Below, piece after piece: positions 1 through 8,355 of a stretch of DNA of 35,480 nt. The notes under the pieces were generated by a model. That model did no database searches. It saw only the letters and a list, made by a program, of their open reading frames with translations, and was not told the DNA's origin. This stretch comes from a virus (lineage: Duplodnaviria > Caudoviricetes): IMG/VR virus record IMGVR_UViG_3300044300_000526, positions 1 through 35,480 of that record. One strand, given 5' to 3'. The translations under genes were made by a program, and so were the position numbers. The first letter of the stretch is position 1, and every line of letters begins with the position of its first letter.

Positions 1-299
1 AAGGTGTCCCAGTGTTTAGCCATTAGTTTTCTAAAGAATGGGTAGTGCTTTTGTGCTTGTGCTACATCATACGCTATCCCGTTATGAGATACGATATTGT
101 CACAAGCCATTAGGTTAGTTAATCCATTAGCAATGGAATGACTAGCCATAGGTAATTCTTTAGGGTTATCCGCATATTTCTCATCGTTATACTCCTCTAC
201 AAGACCTGTATCCAGATCTTGAGTGACTATACAATGAATACGGGTGGAATCTAGCCCATCTGTCTCCATGTCGAAGGCTAGGTTGAGGGTTTTTTCCAT
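1..299 (-). CDS. DNA polymerase (family A, T7 gp5-like), N-terminal 3'-5' exonuclease domain, truncated by the window edge
   Basis: Manual translation from ATG at 299: MEKTLNLAFDMETDGLDSTRIHCIVTQDLDTG, containing the ExoI DxE motif; follows primase-helicase as in T7-like phages. Not in the ORF track. Confidence 0.9.
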   Translation of the reverse strand, partial: MEKTLNLAFDMETDGLDSTRIHCIVTQDLDTGLVEEYNDEKYADNPKELPMASHSIANGLTNLMACDNIVSHNGIAYDVAQAQKHYPFFRKLMAKHWDT

Positions 300-442
300 G
301 TGTAGGTTTTATCTTTGAACTGTGCCTTAGCAACAGCTTCTGATGATGGTGGCTTTGGTCTTTTTAAGTATGTGTACCAAGGGTGTTCATACTCACTCCC
401 TTCAAAAATCCGTGGCTGGGTTGAAGTCTCTCTCAATTTCAT
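278..442 (-). CDS. Small hypothetical protein (54 aa) overlapping both the helicase end and the polymerase start
   Basis: Manual translation MKLRETSTQPRIFEGSEYEHPWYTYLKRPKPPSSEAVAKAQFKDKTYTWKKPST; fills the 100-bp gap between the two genes. Confidence 0.5.
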   Translation of the reverse strand: MKLRETSTQPRIFEGSEYEHPWYTYLKRPKPPSSEAVAKAQFKDKTYTWKKPST

Positions 443-2012
443 GTTCAGTAAAACTGCAAGTTGATAAATCGTAAGAAATTTGACATGCTATTCCAGTTTC
501 GCCTGAATAGCGATTTTTAAGCACTCTAACAGTCGTAGAATTTCCAGTAGAGTCGGCCTGTTGATCTCTTTCAAGGGCAATGACCGTATCTGATATTTGA
601 GCAATGCTATGTGATCCTCTAAGTGAGGACAAGTTAACTCGACCTCCCTCTTCGTGCGAAGCCCTATCATTTGTACTTCTCCTTAAATGTGATACAAGGA
701 ATAATGCTATTCCAGTACGTTCAACTAATGATCTTAGTTTGGTCATTGTTGTGTCGATCATCCTACGCTCATCCCCTTCCAAGCCTGAAAGGAGAATACT
801 AAGATGGTCTAAGAATACAACACGACACTCCAATCCACTGGCAAGGTATTCGATCCTATTGTAAATGACATCAGGATCAAAAGAGCCGAAGCCATCAAAA
901 AGGTAAAGATGCCAATTACCAATGGTAGTACGAAAATCTTCTTTAAGTTCTGACTCATCGTGTTCTCCAAGGTGTAGTGGTTTACCAACCGCTGTGGACA
1001 TTAATCCAAGTGCGGTGTTTCGATTACTTGCTTCAAGCTCCACGACCCCAACCCGTTCCCCCTTTTGGAGGAGGTCAGCTGCAAGTTGACGACAGAATGA
1101 GGTTTTTCCTGTACCAGTGCCCGCAGTAATTGCAGTAAGTGTTCCGTACCTGATCCCGTGTAGTTTCTCGTTAAGTCCTTTGAATGGGTATTCATAAGCA
1201 CATGGTGGTTCTGGTTGTGTAACTAATTCAAGTAGCGATTTTGCATCAATAATTCCGTCAGGACGATACGTCTTTGCGTCCCAGACAGCCCTTCTAATTG
1301 CCTCCGAATCCCCCGCTTGGAGTGCTTCAGACGCATCTTTGTACTTTTCAAGTCGTGCAATCTTCGCCTTGCCTGGTGGTAAAAGAGCCGCACATTCTTC
1401 AGCGGCTTCGATACCAGCTTGGTCATTGTCGAAGAAGAGAACAATCTCGTCATAACCTTGTGTTAAATCTAGTACTTTTTGTAGGTCTTTCTTAGCCCCT
1501 GCAGCACCATTAGGTACTGACATATGAGGCCATGTGGGCATTGCAGCATAACCTGATACTGCATCTAATTCACCTTCGTAAAGAGTCAGTCTTGACCCTT
1601 TGTTAGGGAATAAGTTTTGACCAAAGAATTGGTTATCGGTATTTTTACCGTCCCAATAGAAATCTTTGCCCTTTGTTTTTACTTTAGCCGCAACTACATG
1701 CCCCTTCTTATCGAAGTAATGGAAACGTAAGACATCTCCATCTTTATGGACACGATATTTACGACATTGTTCTTCGGTAAGTTTCCGTTTCTTTAAGGAA
1801 ACAGGTTGGCCTTGTATCATAGCCTTATGAGTAGTTTGCGGTGATGATGGTGGCTCTCCTTCTCCAGACGTTCTAGCATTACAGCTGAAGCAATAAGTAT
1901 GGCCGTCAGAGTAGACGCTGTTAGCATCGGACGAGCCACAGTTAGAGCATGATGTATGATAGCAGAACTCGGATCCTTCATTTGCATTTGAGCCAACTGA
2001 TTGGAATTGCAT
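402..2012 (-). CDS. DNA primase-helicase (T7 gp4-like)
   Basis: Zn finger CSNC...CFSC, TOPRIM motifs (EGELD, FDND), Walker A GTGTGKT, DHL and LRGS helicase motifs. Start trimmed to ATG at 2012 (MQFQSV) to reduce overlap with the endonuclease gene. Confidence 0.95.
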   Translation of the reverse strand: MQFQSVGSNANEGSEFCYHTSCSNCGSSDANSVYSDGHTYCFSCNARTSGEGEPPSSPQTTHKAMIQGQPVSLKKRKLTEEQCRKYRVHKDGDVLRFHYFDKKGHVVAAKVKTKGKDFYWDGKNTDNQFFGQNLFPNKGSRLTLYEGELDAVSGYAAMPTWPHMSVPNGAAGAKKDLQKVLDLTQGYDEIVLFFDNDQAGIEAAEECAALLPPGKAKIARLEKYKDASEALQAGDSEAIRRAVWDAKTYRPDGIIDAKSLLELVTQPEPPCAYEYPFKGLNEKLHGIRYGTLTAITAGTGTGKTSFCRQLAADLLQKGERVGVVELEASNRNTALGLMSTAVGKPLHLGEHDESELKEDFRTTIGNWHLYLFDGFGSFDPDVIYNRIEYLASGLECRVVFLDHLSILLSGLEGDERRMIDTTMTKLRSLVERTGIALFLVSHLRRSTNDRASHEEGGRVNLSSLRGSHSIAQISDTVIALERDQQADSTGNSTTVRVLKNRYSGETGIACQISYDLSTCSFTEHEIERDFNPATDF

Positions 2013-2328
2013 ATGATGCACACCAAGGGAAACCGTGTTTCTCGGCCCACATGGCATAAGTGGTTTTTGAGCGTTTAGATAATTTGTTATATGGTGATTG
2101 AAATACGAAACGAATGTCAAGGTCAGGATGAGACTTCTTAACAGCCAGCATCTTGCGTCTGTCAGTACTCTTAAACCAACCCTTACATTCTAGGTAGACA
2201 TCCCCAACCCTAAAGTCAGGGATGTAGTTATGTTCTATGACATATGGTAGCTTGTCTTCTTCGTAAGTATAATCTAATTTTAACCTATTTAGTATAGCAG
2301 CTACCTCTTTTTCAAGACCACTTCTCAT
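1978..2328 (-). CDS. Endonuclease I / Holliday junction resolvase (T7 gp3-like)
   Basis: MRSGLE, YIPDF and ECKG motifs typical of T7 endonuclease I; synteny between SSB and primase. Confidence 0.93.
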   Translation of the reverse strand: MRSGLEKEVAAILNRLKLDYTYEEDKLPYVIEHNYIPDFRVGDVYLECKGWFKSTDRRKMLAVKKSHPDLDIRFVFQSPYNKLSKRSKTTYAMWAEKHGFPWCASYAIPISWLKCK

Positions 2329-2903
2329 TAGAAGTCTTCATCCTCTTCTGTGTCTTCAGCAGCTACAGGGTTAGGTGCGGATACCTTGAATCCTTTCGTG
2401 GCTCCGAACAATGCTGTAGCTTCATCTGGGGTCATATCCCCGTCATCAACAACACCAGCTCCAGTATTTAAACTGATAACTTGTACTGCCTTTAATTTTA
2501 ATGATGTACCAATATCACCTGCTGGTAGCACGTATGGCTTTTGGAAGAAAGCTATCTTGACCATCGTACCGCTATATATAGGGGTAGTCTCGTCAGTTAT
2601 TGCAGTACCTTCCGTGTCAACGACAACAGGTACATACTTGTCTCCATCTTTCCAACTGAATCGTACTTGATAAAATCCTGGCTTGCTATCTATTTCTTCC
2701 CAAGGCTCAGGTTTTACTGTAACTCTTTTAGGGTTCTTTGCCTTGCTTCTAGCCCATTCAAGAGCACTTTCACGCTCTTCCTCTAGGTCTTTCACAATAC
2801 TCTCTGGTAAGACAGCAGCTAATTTATAGCCCCACTCCCCAGGTTTTAGAACGGCTTGGAACCCATCGAGTAATACAGGTTCTTTAGTGACATAAGTAGT
2901 CAT
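2328..2903 (-). CDS. Single-stranded DNA-binding protein (T7 gp2.5-like)
   Basis: Acidic C-terminal tail ending in Phe (EDTEEDEDF), GTSLKLKAVQVI strand, position after RNAP. Start taken at MTTYV. Confidence 0.9.
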   Translation of the reverse strand: MTTYVTKEPVLLDGFQAVLKPGEWGYKLAAVLPESIVKDLEEERESALEWARSKAKNPKRVTVKPEPWEEIDSKPGFYQVRFSWKDGDKYVPVVVDTEGTAITDETTPIYSGTMVKIAFFQKPYVLPAGDIGTSLKLKAVQVISLNTGAGVVDDGDMTPDEATALFGATKGFKVSAPNPVAAEDTEEDEDF

Positions 2904-2908
2904 GGTGT

Positions 2909-5281
2909 TTAACAAAAAAAGTAAGTGGAATTAGTGACAACATTAGGATCTAATGTGCCTACTATTGGCGGTGGCTCTGAGGCATTAATGGTGTTTCCAA
3001 AACGTGTAAGCCAGCAATCTCTCGTGAAGATATCGGTGTAGGTTTCTCGCACAAGTGAGTTGAGTGTTCCCATGTCTCCTGCTCTACAAAGAACTGAGTC
3101 ATGGATGACTGTGAATGGTCCATTAAACTTTTGAAAAGAACTGTGCAGTATGGAGGCATCCAAGGAGTGTATGAAATTAGGAGCAGTACTAGACCGATGT
3201 TTTCTAGGACAAGGGGTTTCAACAACCTTACCGTCCTCATCTGTCTTAGGTATGTTAACCCTGACTCTACCTAATAACTGTAGTTCCATCTGAACTGTTT
3301 CAATATGGTTCCGTACTTGGTTGATAACAAAACCCGTTGGGCTTTCCCATTCAACTTCAGTACCACCATTCTTGATGTATTCTCCTACATGTTTCTTAAT
3401 CCAACGCATGACACGCATAGGACCAGGAACTATAGCATCCATACTTTTATAGACAGCATTGACAACCTCAGTTAACTCATCAGGTTCAGGGTCAATACCC
3501 TTCTCCTTCAAAGCTTCCCTAATGTACTTCCGAGATGAGTCTTTAGTAGCATTGTAAGGTATAGTCATAACCGTTCTTTTGACGGTTTTTCTGTCCATCC
3601 AAGATTGCATCCGTTGAGGCAGATACTTCTTGGCTTCTATGGCAACAGCTTTATATGCATCACTAGGTCTATCTGAAGGACACACGTTAACAAGATCAGC
3701 TGTACTAGCATCTTTAGCTAGACCAGCGAGGATCTGGAGTCCTGAACACGTAGCATCTACAGCTACCATTAGACCTGTGGTATTCTTATCACACTCTATG
3801 CAACAATGGTAGTATTCGTGACATGCAGCCATGAACTGCCAAGGCTCTTCTACACCTTCCCAATCAGGAAGATTACCTATCGGATCTTTAGCGACCCTTG
3901 TGATTAAGTCTCTGTTATTATCTACCCATTGCACCCTCTCGATGATGGTGGCTTTATCTAACCCAAAAGTAGTAGCTACTTGAAAGGCTAACCACGTTGA
4001 TACTGTACCTCCATCTCCATCTACAGGCTGTTCATCAGCGAAGCGAATACACGCCTTACCAAAGTCTGTATCTTGAGGAGTTAAGAAAGCAGGTATAGGA
4101 TATGCTCTTCCTCTATAATCAAAAGACCAGCATAAATAATAGACCTCATCTCTAAACTTTCTAGCAGCTTCCATCTGTGTTCTGGTTCTAACTGATCTCT
4201 TAAAGTTAATTCGATCAGCATTATATCCTTCTGCCATCAACCTTCTCCATGCCAGATTTTTCTCTGTATCCTCATCGGCATCAGGAGGTCTTGGCGGTTT
4301 AAAAGAGGGGGATATAGGAATAAATTTCCCTACTATCTTTCCTGTTCTTTCAAACTCTTCAGCTACACCCAGAACATGAGTGTTCACACGGTATTTAACC
4401 TTCTGTAGCTTGTTTAAAAAAGCTATCGGAAGTTCTCCGTGTATAATAAGGGGGTTGCTCTTCCTAGTAAGATCATGGCCCTTCATAAGTCTGTTGACAA
4501 CATACCCACCGTAAACAATCTTACCGTCTTTATAACCCCAGTCATTAGGTTCTATCAACATAGGCCACGGGATACCACTGAACATCTCAGCTGTTTTGAT
4601 AAGTTCTTCCCTCTTTTCATTGAAGGCTTTTGTAGGTACCACCCTTGACTTCTTACGTTTACGGTGATTAATTGTAGTATTTATTTCAAACCAACCAGTT
4701 GTTTTCATAACAGCTAACAAACCAAACTTGCCTAAAACAATACGAGTCTTTAAACTCCATTTGTCCCATCGAATGTCACGTTCACCAAACTTCTGACTAG
4801 CTATACTTTCCTTTTGAACAGTACCACAAGCCTCATGGAAATAGGTGTCTTCGATGTATTTCATTAACCCAGGATGTTCAGATTTATACCATCTAAACTT
4901 ACACTCAGCTTCTAATGCTTGGCCTATCTTAGTGATAACATTAAGTACATAGTCTTCACGTTCACGAGTGCTGAATACCTGATCGAATGTAACCTTCAAT
5001 ACTATTGATGCAATAGCTATTGATTCTAATTCAGTTAAGTATTTAGCTACGGGTTGGTAATACTTACCAGCTTGACCATTGGTTAGCTTCCAGAACTCCT
5101 TGTCTATGTAATCCATGAGCAATGGGAGTGCAGCCGTTATTGACGGTACTCCGTACACGCTTGCCGAACTGTAAGACTTGCTCTCCAACTTCTCTATCGA
5201 ATCTCTCAGCTTCTGTTTCCCACAAGAGATCGCCTCCTGTTCCAATAGAAATTGTTGGTTGATCTGTGAGGGTGTCGCCAT
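2909..5281 (-). CDS. Single-subunit phage DNA-directed RNA polymerase (T7 gp1-like)
   Basis: FDYRGRAY, DATCSGLQ (motif A), RKTVKRTVMTIPY (motif B), PNFIHSLDA and IHDS (motif C), ending YFFC. Confidence 0.98.
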   Translation of the reverse strand: MATPSQINQQFLLEQEAISCGKQKLRDSIEKLESKSYSSASVYGVPSITAALPLLMDYIDKEFWKLTNGQAGKYYQPVAKYLTELESIAIASIVLKVTFDQVFSTREREDYVLNVITKIGQALEAECKFRWYKSEHPGLMKYIEDTYFHEACGTVQKESIASQKFGERDIRWDKWSLKTRIVLGKFGLLAVMKTTGWFEINTTINHRKRKKSRVVPTKAFNEKREELIKTAEMFSGIPWPMLIEPNDWGYKDGKIVYGGYVVNRLMKGHDLTRKSNPLIIHGELPIAFLNKLQKVKYRVNTHVLGVAEEFERTGKIVGKFIPISPSFKPPRPPDADEDTEKNLAWRRLMAEGYNADRINFKRSVRTRTQMEAARKFRDEVYYLCWSFDYRGRAYPIPAFLTPQDTDFGKACIRFADEQPVDGDGGTVSTWLAFQVATTFGLDKATIIERVQWVDNNRDLITRVAKDPIGNLPDWEGVEEPWQFMAACHEYYHCCIECDKNTTGLMVAVDATCSGLQILAGLAKDASTADLVNVCPSDRPSDAYKAVAIEAKKYLPQRMQSWMDRKTVKRTVMTIPYNATKDSSRKYIREALKEKGIDPEPDELTEVVNAVYKSMDAIVPGPMRVMRWIKKHVGEYIKNGGTEVEWESPTGFVINQVRNHIETVQMELQLLGRVRVNIPKTDEDGKVVETPCPRKHRSSTAPNFIHSLDASILHSSFQKFNGPFTVIHDSVLCRAGDMGTLNSLVRETYTDIFTRDCWLTRFGNTINASEPPPIVGTLDPNVVTNSTYFFC

Positions 5282-5351
5282 AAGCTAAAAGCATAGTGTA
5301 GTCGTGCTCATCTAGAGCTTCAATCTGTTGTTGTGTTAGGTCATGTGTCAT
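5064..5351 (-). CDS. Hypothetical protein (95 aa) overlapping the RNAP 5' end in another frame
   Basis: ATG at 5351 (MTHDLTQQQIEALDEHDY...) overlaps the end of the upstream gene and fills the 5282-5340 gap. Confidence 0.45.
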   Translation of the reverse strand: MTHDLTQQQIEALDEHDYTMLLAYGDTLTDQPTISIGTGGDLLWETEAERFDREVGEQVLQFGKRVRSTVNNGCTPIAHGLHRQGVLEANQWSSW

Positions 5352-5622
5352 AGGTTTTACATGCGGGGTCATTAGGAAACTCTTCACAGTATGCTTCCAT
5401 ACTGCCATAGCATTTCCAGTTTGGTAAGAAGAATCCAAGTTGATGGTCTTCTGGCTTATACTTAACGTGCAAGGCTCCAACAGCTGCGAGTACAATGAGT
5501 AGGTTATCAACATTATCCTCTTCAGGATCATAGTTGAGTACTACCTCACCGTCATCATCATTGATGTAGTAGCCCTGTCTGTCAAGTAATTGTGCGAGAT
5601 CGTGTACATTAATCAAAGGCAT
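5341..5622 (-). CDS. Hypothetical early protein with a CP12-like C-terminal motif
   Basis: ORF track; likely start MPLINV preceded by GAGG; acidic; ends MEAYCEEFPNDPACKTYDT. Confidence 0.7.
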   Translation of the reverse strand: MPLINVHDLAQLLDRQGYYINDDDGEVVLNYDPEEDNVDNLLIVLAAVGALHVKYKPEDHQLGFFLPNWKCYGSMEAYCEEFPNDPACKTYDT

Positions 5623-5914
5623 CCTCGGGTAGTGTGTCCTGTAGTTCATCATAGGTCATTAATGTGAAGTCCTCCTTATTTTTAAGTAAGGATAACATAT
5701 ACCTATGAGCGTGTCCAAATTGTTTGTATGCCCGTTCCCTGATAGTACCATCCTTTAGGTACCCTCGGACAATAGCTACATGTGATTCTGGTAAGTTCCA
5801 GTTATCAGCAGCCCCTAAGCACATTTCGCTATCAAATTGTGTGAGTTCATCCGTGGCTTTCCATCGGTTAACTTCACTTATTCTGTTGGGAAATGGGTCG
5901 TATCGTCTAGCCAT
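5609..5914 (-). CDS. Hypothetical early protein
   Basis: 101-aa ORF, tightly packed and co-oriented with the early operon. Confidence 0.75.
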   Translation of the reverse strand: MARRYDPFPNRISEVNRWKATDELTQFDSEMCLGAADNWNLPESHVAIVRGYLKDGTIRERAYKQFGHAHRYMLSLLKNKEDFTLMTYDELQDTLPEDAFD

Positions 5915-5916
5915 AG

Positions 5917-6051
5917 TTAGTGAATTAAATCAATGGATGGGTTACGTGGATTGTACTTGGTCAGTTCACTGATGATCATCATGGAACCTAACGGGACAGC
6001 CATCACTAAAATGGCAATGACTGTCCACTTAAAGTCCTCATGTTTGCTCAT
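5917..6051 (-). CDS. Small single-pass membrane protein (44 aa)
   Basis: Manual translation MSKHEDFKWTVIAILVMAVPLGSMMIISELTKYNPRNPSIDLIH; fills the gap; contains a hydrophobic stretch. Confidence 0.55.
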   Translation of the reverse strand: MSKHEDFKWTVIAILVMAVPLGSMMIISELTKYNPRNPSIDLIH

Positions 6052-6361
6052 TCAGTAGCTTGTCATAGTATTCAGAAGGGTGATCCTCATACTCAGGTAA
6101 GGAAGCATACACCTCCTCACCTAATGGTAGCATACAGCCGTTATATTCACGCTTATGGAAATCCTGGGCTTCATCCCTTAAGCCTGTACCCGTTACGTCG
6201 TCTATTTGACCACGCTTTGATCTGAACAGTGATTCTCTACTACAGTAGAAGAGATCAACACCACTGTCCATCAGTAGACTTAACATCTGGCTAGGGTGTC
6301 GGCCTTCTTGCTCTGAGACGGTTAGAAGTACTTCCTCCTGTTTGGGTGTTAGTGTGATCAT
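6038..6361 (-). CDS. Hypothetical early protein, possible ribbon-helix-helix-like N-terminus
   Basis: 107-aa ORF with TAATG coupling to the upstream gene; N-terminus MITLTPKQEEVLLTVSEQEGRHPSQMLSLLM resembles a strand-helix-helix pattern (inference). Confidence 0.65.
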   Translation of the reverse strand: MITLTPKQEEVLLTVSEQEGRHPSQMLSLLMDSGVDLFYCSRESLFRSKRGQIDDVTGTGLRDEAQDFHKREYNGCMLPLGEEVYASLPEYEDHPSEYYDKLLNEQT

Positions 6362-6639
6362 TAAGCTGCCGCAATAGGGCTTTTAGTCTTTCTCGACTTT
6401 GTCTTAATTGTTGGGGTCGTAATGTCCTGCAACCCGATTTCCTTTTTGAGTGATGCTGCCAGTTCGGCATTATGTTTGAAGAGTCCACTTACGAATTTGA
6501 TAATGGTTTGTTCAGTGATCCCAGTGAAGCGTACTGTATCCTCGTAATCCACTGATAAGCAGAGTCCGTCGTGGTCAGCACAGTAAAACATGTGTGGATC
6601 TTTCATGTAGTACTCGTGGGTTGTCTCGAATGTAAGCAT
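6361..6639 (-). CDS. Hypothetical early protein
   Basis: 92-aa ORF with a basic C-terminal tail, in the operon. Confidence 0.7.
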   Translation of the reverse strand: MLTFETTHEYYMKDPHMFYCADHDGLCLSVDYEDTVRFTGITEQTIIKFVSGLFKHNAELAASLKKEIGLQDITTPTIKTKSRKTKSPIAAA

Positions 6640-6989
6640 GGTGTGCTCGATGATGGTGGTTTGGTCAGATAGTTTAGGGCTTGACTCATCAAATCAGGAT
6701 CGTCATTGAATTTACCAAACCCAAGGTTACAACTATTGCAGATGTAGCCCCTGAATTGATCGGTGTGGTGGCAGTGGTCCAGCACCCACCGAGAGGTCAG
6801 CCTATTACAGGCTGGGCAAGGTCCAGGAAGAGGTGGTGGATTGGCCTTGCGTAGCCTAGCTCTAACGGTTGCGAGTTGATTAGAGCAAGCCTTACAAGTG
6901 TTCTTCCTACCTGCCCCTACTGTTGAGAATAGAGGGAAATCCTCCAAGTCTTTAAGTGTATCACACTTCCTGCAAATCTTTTGGGACAT
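6603..6989 (-). CDS. Endonuclease VII-family (His-Me finger) nuclease
   Basis: CRKC...CKAC, CPAC, and LDHCH...RGYICNSCNLGFG motifs. Confidence 0.85.
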   Translation of the reverse strand: MSQKICRKCDTLKDLEDFPLFSTVGAGRKNTCKACSNQLATVRARLRKANPPPLPGPCPACNRLTSRWVLDHCHHTDQFRGYICNSCNLGFGKFNDDPDLMSQALNYLTKPPSSSTPCLHSRQPTSTT

Positions 6990-7224
6990 TAGCATCCACG
7001 TTGTAGTGTGAGTAAAGGTAGTTATCAGATAGGTCAGAGATACCTAAATCATTCAAGACCTCATCTAACATCTCACCGTTATCAGTGATCTTGATGTTCA
7101 AGGTGTTATTACTATGATCTTTTTCATAGTTAACATGCCTCTCAAGGAATGTAGGCTCAACTGATGTATCAAAGAATAGGGTACGAGAATCAGCCTCGTA
7201 TGACCCTGTGTATGGTTCAGACAT
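6961..7224 (-). CDS. Hypothetical early protein
   Basis: Start MSEPY at 7224 preceded by AGGAGG; acidic 87-aa product. Confidence 0.65.
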   Translation of the reverse strand: MSEPYTGSYEADSRTLFFDTSVEPTFLERHVNYEKDHSNNTLNIKITDNGEMLDEVLNDLGISDLSDNYLYSHYNVDANVPKDLQEV

Positions 7225-7459
7225 TACAACCTCCTGTGTAGTAGGTGAAGTTAGTACGCTCTGGCTTAATACAGTTCTCATTAACCCAAAAGCCAAGGCT
7301 CATCCTGTCATTCATGCAGAGATTAAGGATAGCACGTCGAGATACATTGTAGTAGATGTACTCAGTACTTGTCTTAGTGTTAACCAAGACTGTACCATTC
7401 CAGAAGTCAAGGATCTTGATGTCCTCAACCCATTGTGATGATCTTTTAGTTGGTTGCAT
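7217..7459 (-). CDS. Cyanophage-type early hypothetical protein (KTSC-like pattern)
   Basis: YIYYNVSRRAILNL...SLGFWVN pattern resembles KTSC-domain proteins; recognised from memory only. Confidence 0.7.
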   Translation of the reverse strand: MQPTKRSSQWVEDIKILDFWNGTVLVNTKTSTEYIYYNVSRRAILNLCMNDRMSLGFWVNENCIKPERTNFTYYTGGCNV

Positions 7460-7473
7460 AATTAATAATAGAA

Positions 7474-8088
7474 TTACAGTGGTGGAATCATACCAAGTCC
7501 CCAGCGTGTAGCCATAGCCTCCGCTATCCCTTGGTATGTCTTACTTCTTAGCTGCCATCTATCCTTAGATGGGCCAAGCTTATTCTGTCCACTAGGAGTT
7601 TGATTCTCCCAGTACCCACACTCAGGTTTAGGCAAGATGTCTGTTGGCGTAAGTTTGGGTAAGTTCTTAAGCCACAAGCATGTCCTCTTGCTCTCAGGGT
7701 GTCCGAACTGGTAAGGCTGGATCATCTGAGTACATTTGCCTAGCTTTGTCTTAGTTGAGATAACAGAGACAGGATTCTCGATACATATGTGTGGGATTGG
7801 TGAGTCCCATAGTGCCTCGACAAATTCCAGTGCTTTCTGTTGTCTCCCATCAGCAATCTTAGCTTTGAAGTGTCTAGCTCCGCTGACTGCTATGTGGGTG
7901 CAAGGTGGATGAGCAATGAGATGAGTCCATCCCATATCTAATAGGCCAAGCACATCACCTTGAATGTGTGGCCCCGCTGTAATACTAGGTAGGATGTCAC
8001 AGCTAACAGCATCAATGCCATGCTTGATGAAGGCATTGCGTACTGTCCCACTGTTTTCACATGCTACCAGTACCTTCATGGTACTCAT
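7474..8088 (-). CDS. Short DNA cytosine-C5 methyltransferase-like protein
   Basis: VLVACENSG (variant motif I), HPPC (motif IV), ENP (motif VI), KRTCLW (motif VIII-like), and RSKTYQGIAEAMA C-terminal helix. Confidence 0.75.
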   Translation of the reverse strand: MSTMKVLVACENSGTVRNAFIKHGIDAVSCDILPSITAGPHIQGDVLGLLDMGWTHLIAHPPCTHIAVSGARHFKAKIADGRQQKALEFVEALWDSPIPHICIENPVSVISTKTKLGKCTQMIQPYQFGHPESKRTCLWLKNLPKLTPTDILPKPECGYWENQTPSGQNKLGPSKDRWQLRSKTYQGIAEAMATRWGLGMIPPL

Positions 8089-8187
8089 ATGGTGTATGTG
8101 TCACCATTCTCTATCCGTTCCTGTCTATACCTCTTGCGTTCTAGTCTTAGAATTGCAAGCCATACATCCTCAGGGATAGGTTGACCA

Positions 8188-8355
8188 TTAGTCATAGTCG
8201 GAGATGTTCCAATGTCCCATTGGGAGTCGGACATCCTTGTATTGTCTGTCATGTAAATCAGTGAGAACGGCTAGTACGGCTGGATCCTGGAGGGCAGCCC
8301 TGTTGGTCATAACACACCCATCAAGGATAGGCATGAATGTTAGTTGCTTAAACAT
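8188..8355 (-). CDS. Small hypothetical early protein (55 aa)
   Basis: Start MFKQLTF preceded by GAGGA, overlapping the end of the upstream gene. Confidence 0.6.
   Translation of the reverse strand: MFKQLTFMPILDGCVMTNRAALQDPAVLAVLTDLHDRQYKDVRLPMGHWNISDYD

Noticed and set aside
2013-2120. Longer primase N-terminus given in the ORF track
   Set aside because: It lies entirely within the endonuclease gene and precedes the conserved Zn finger.
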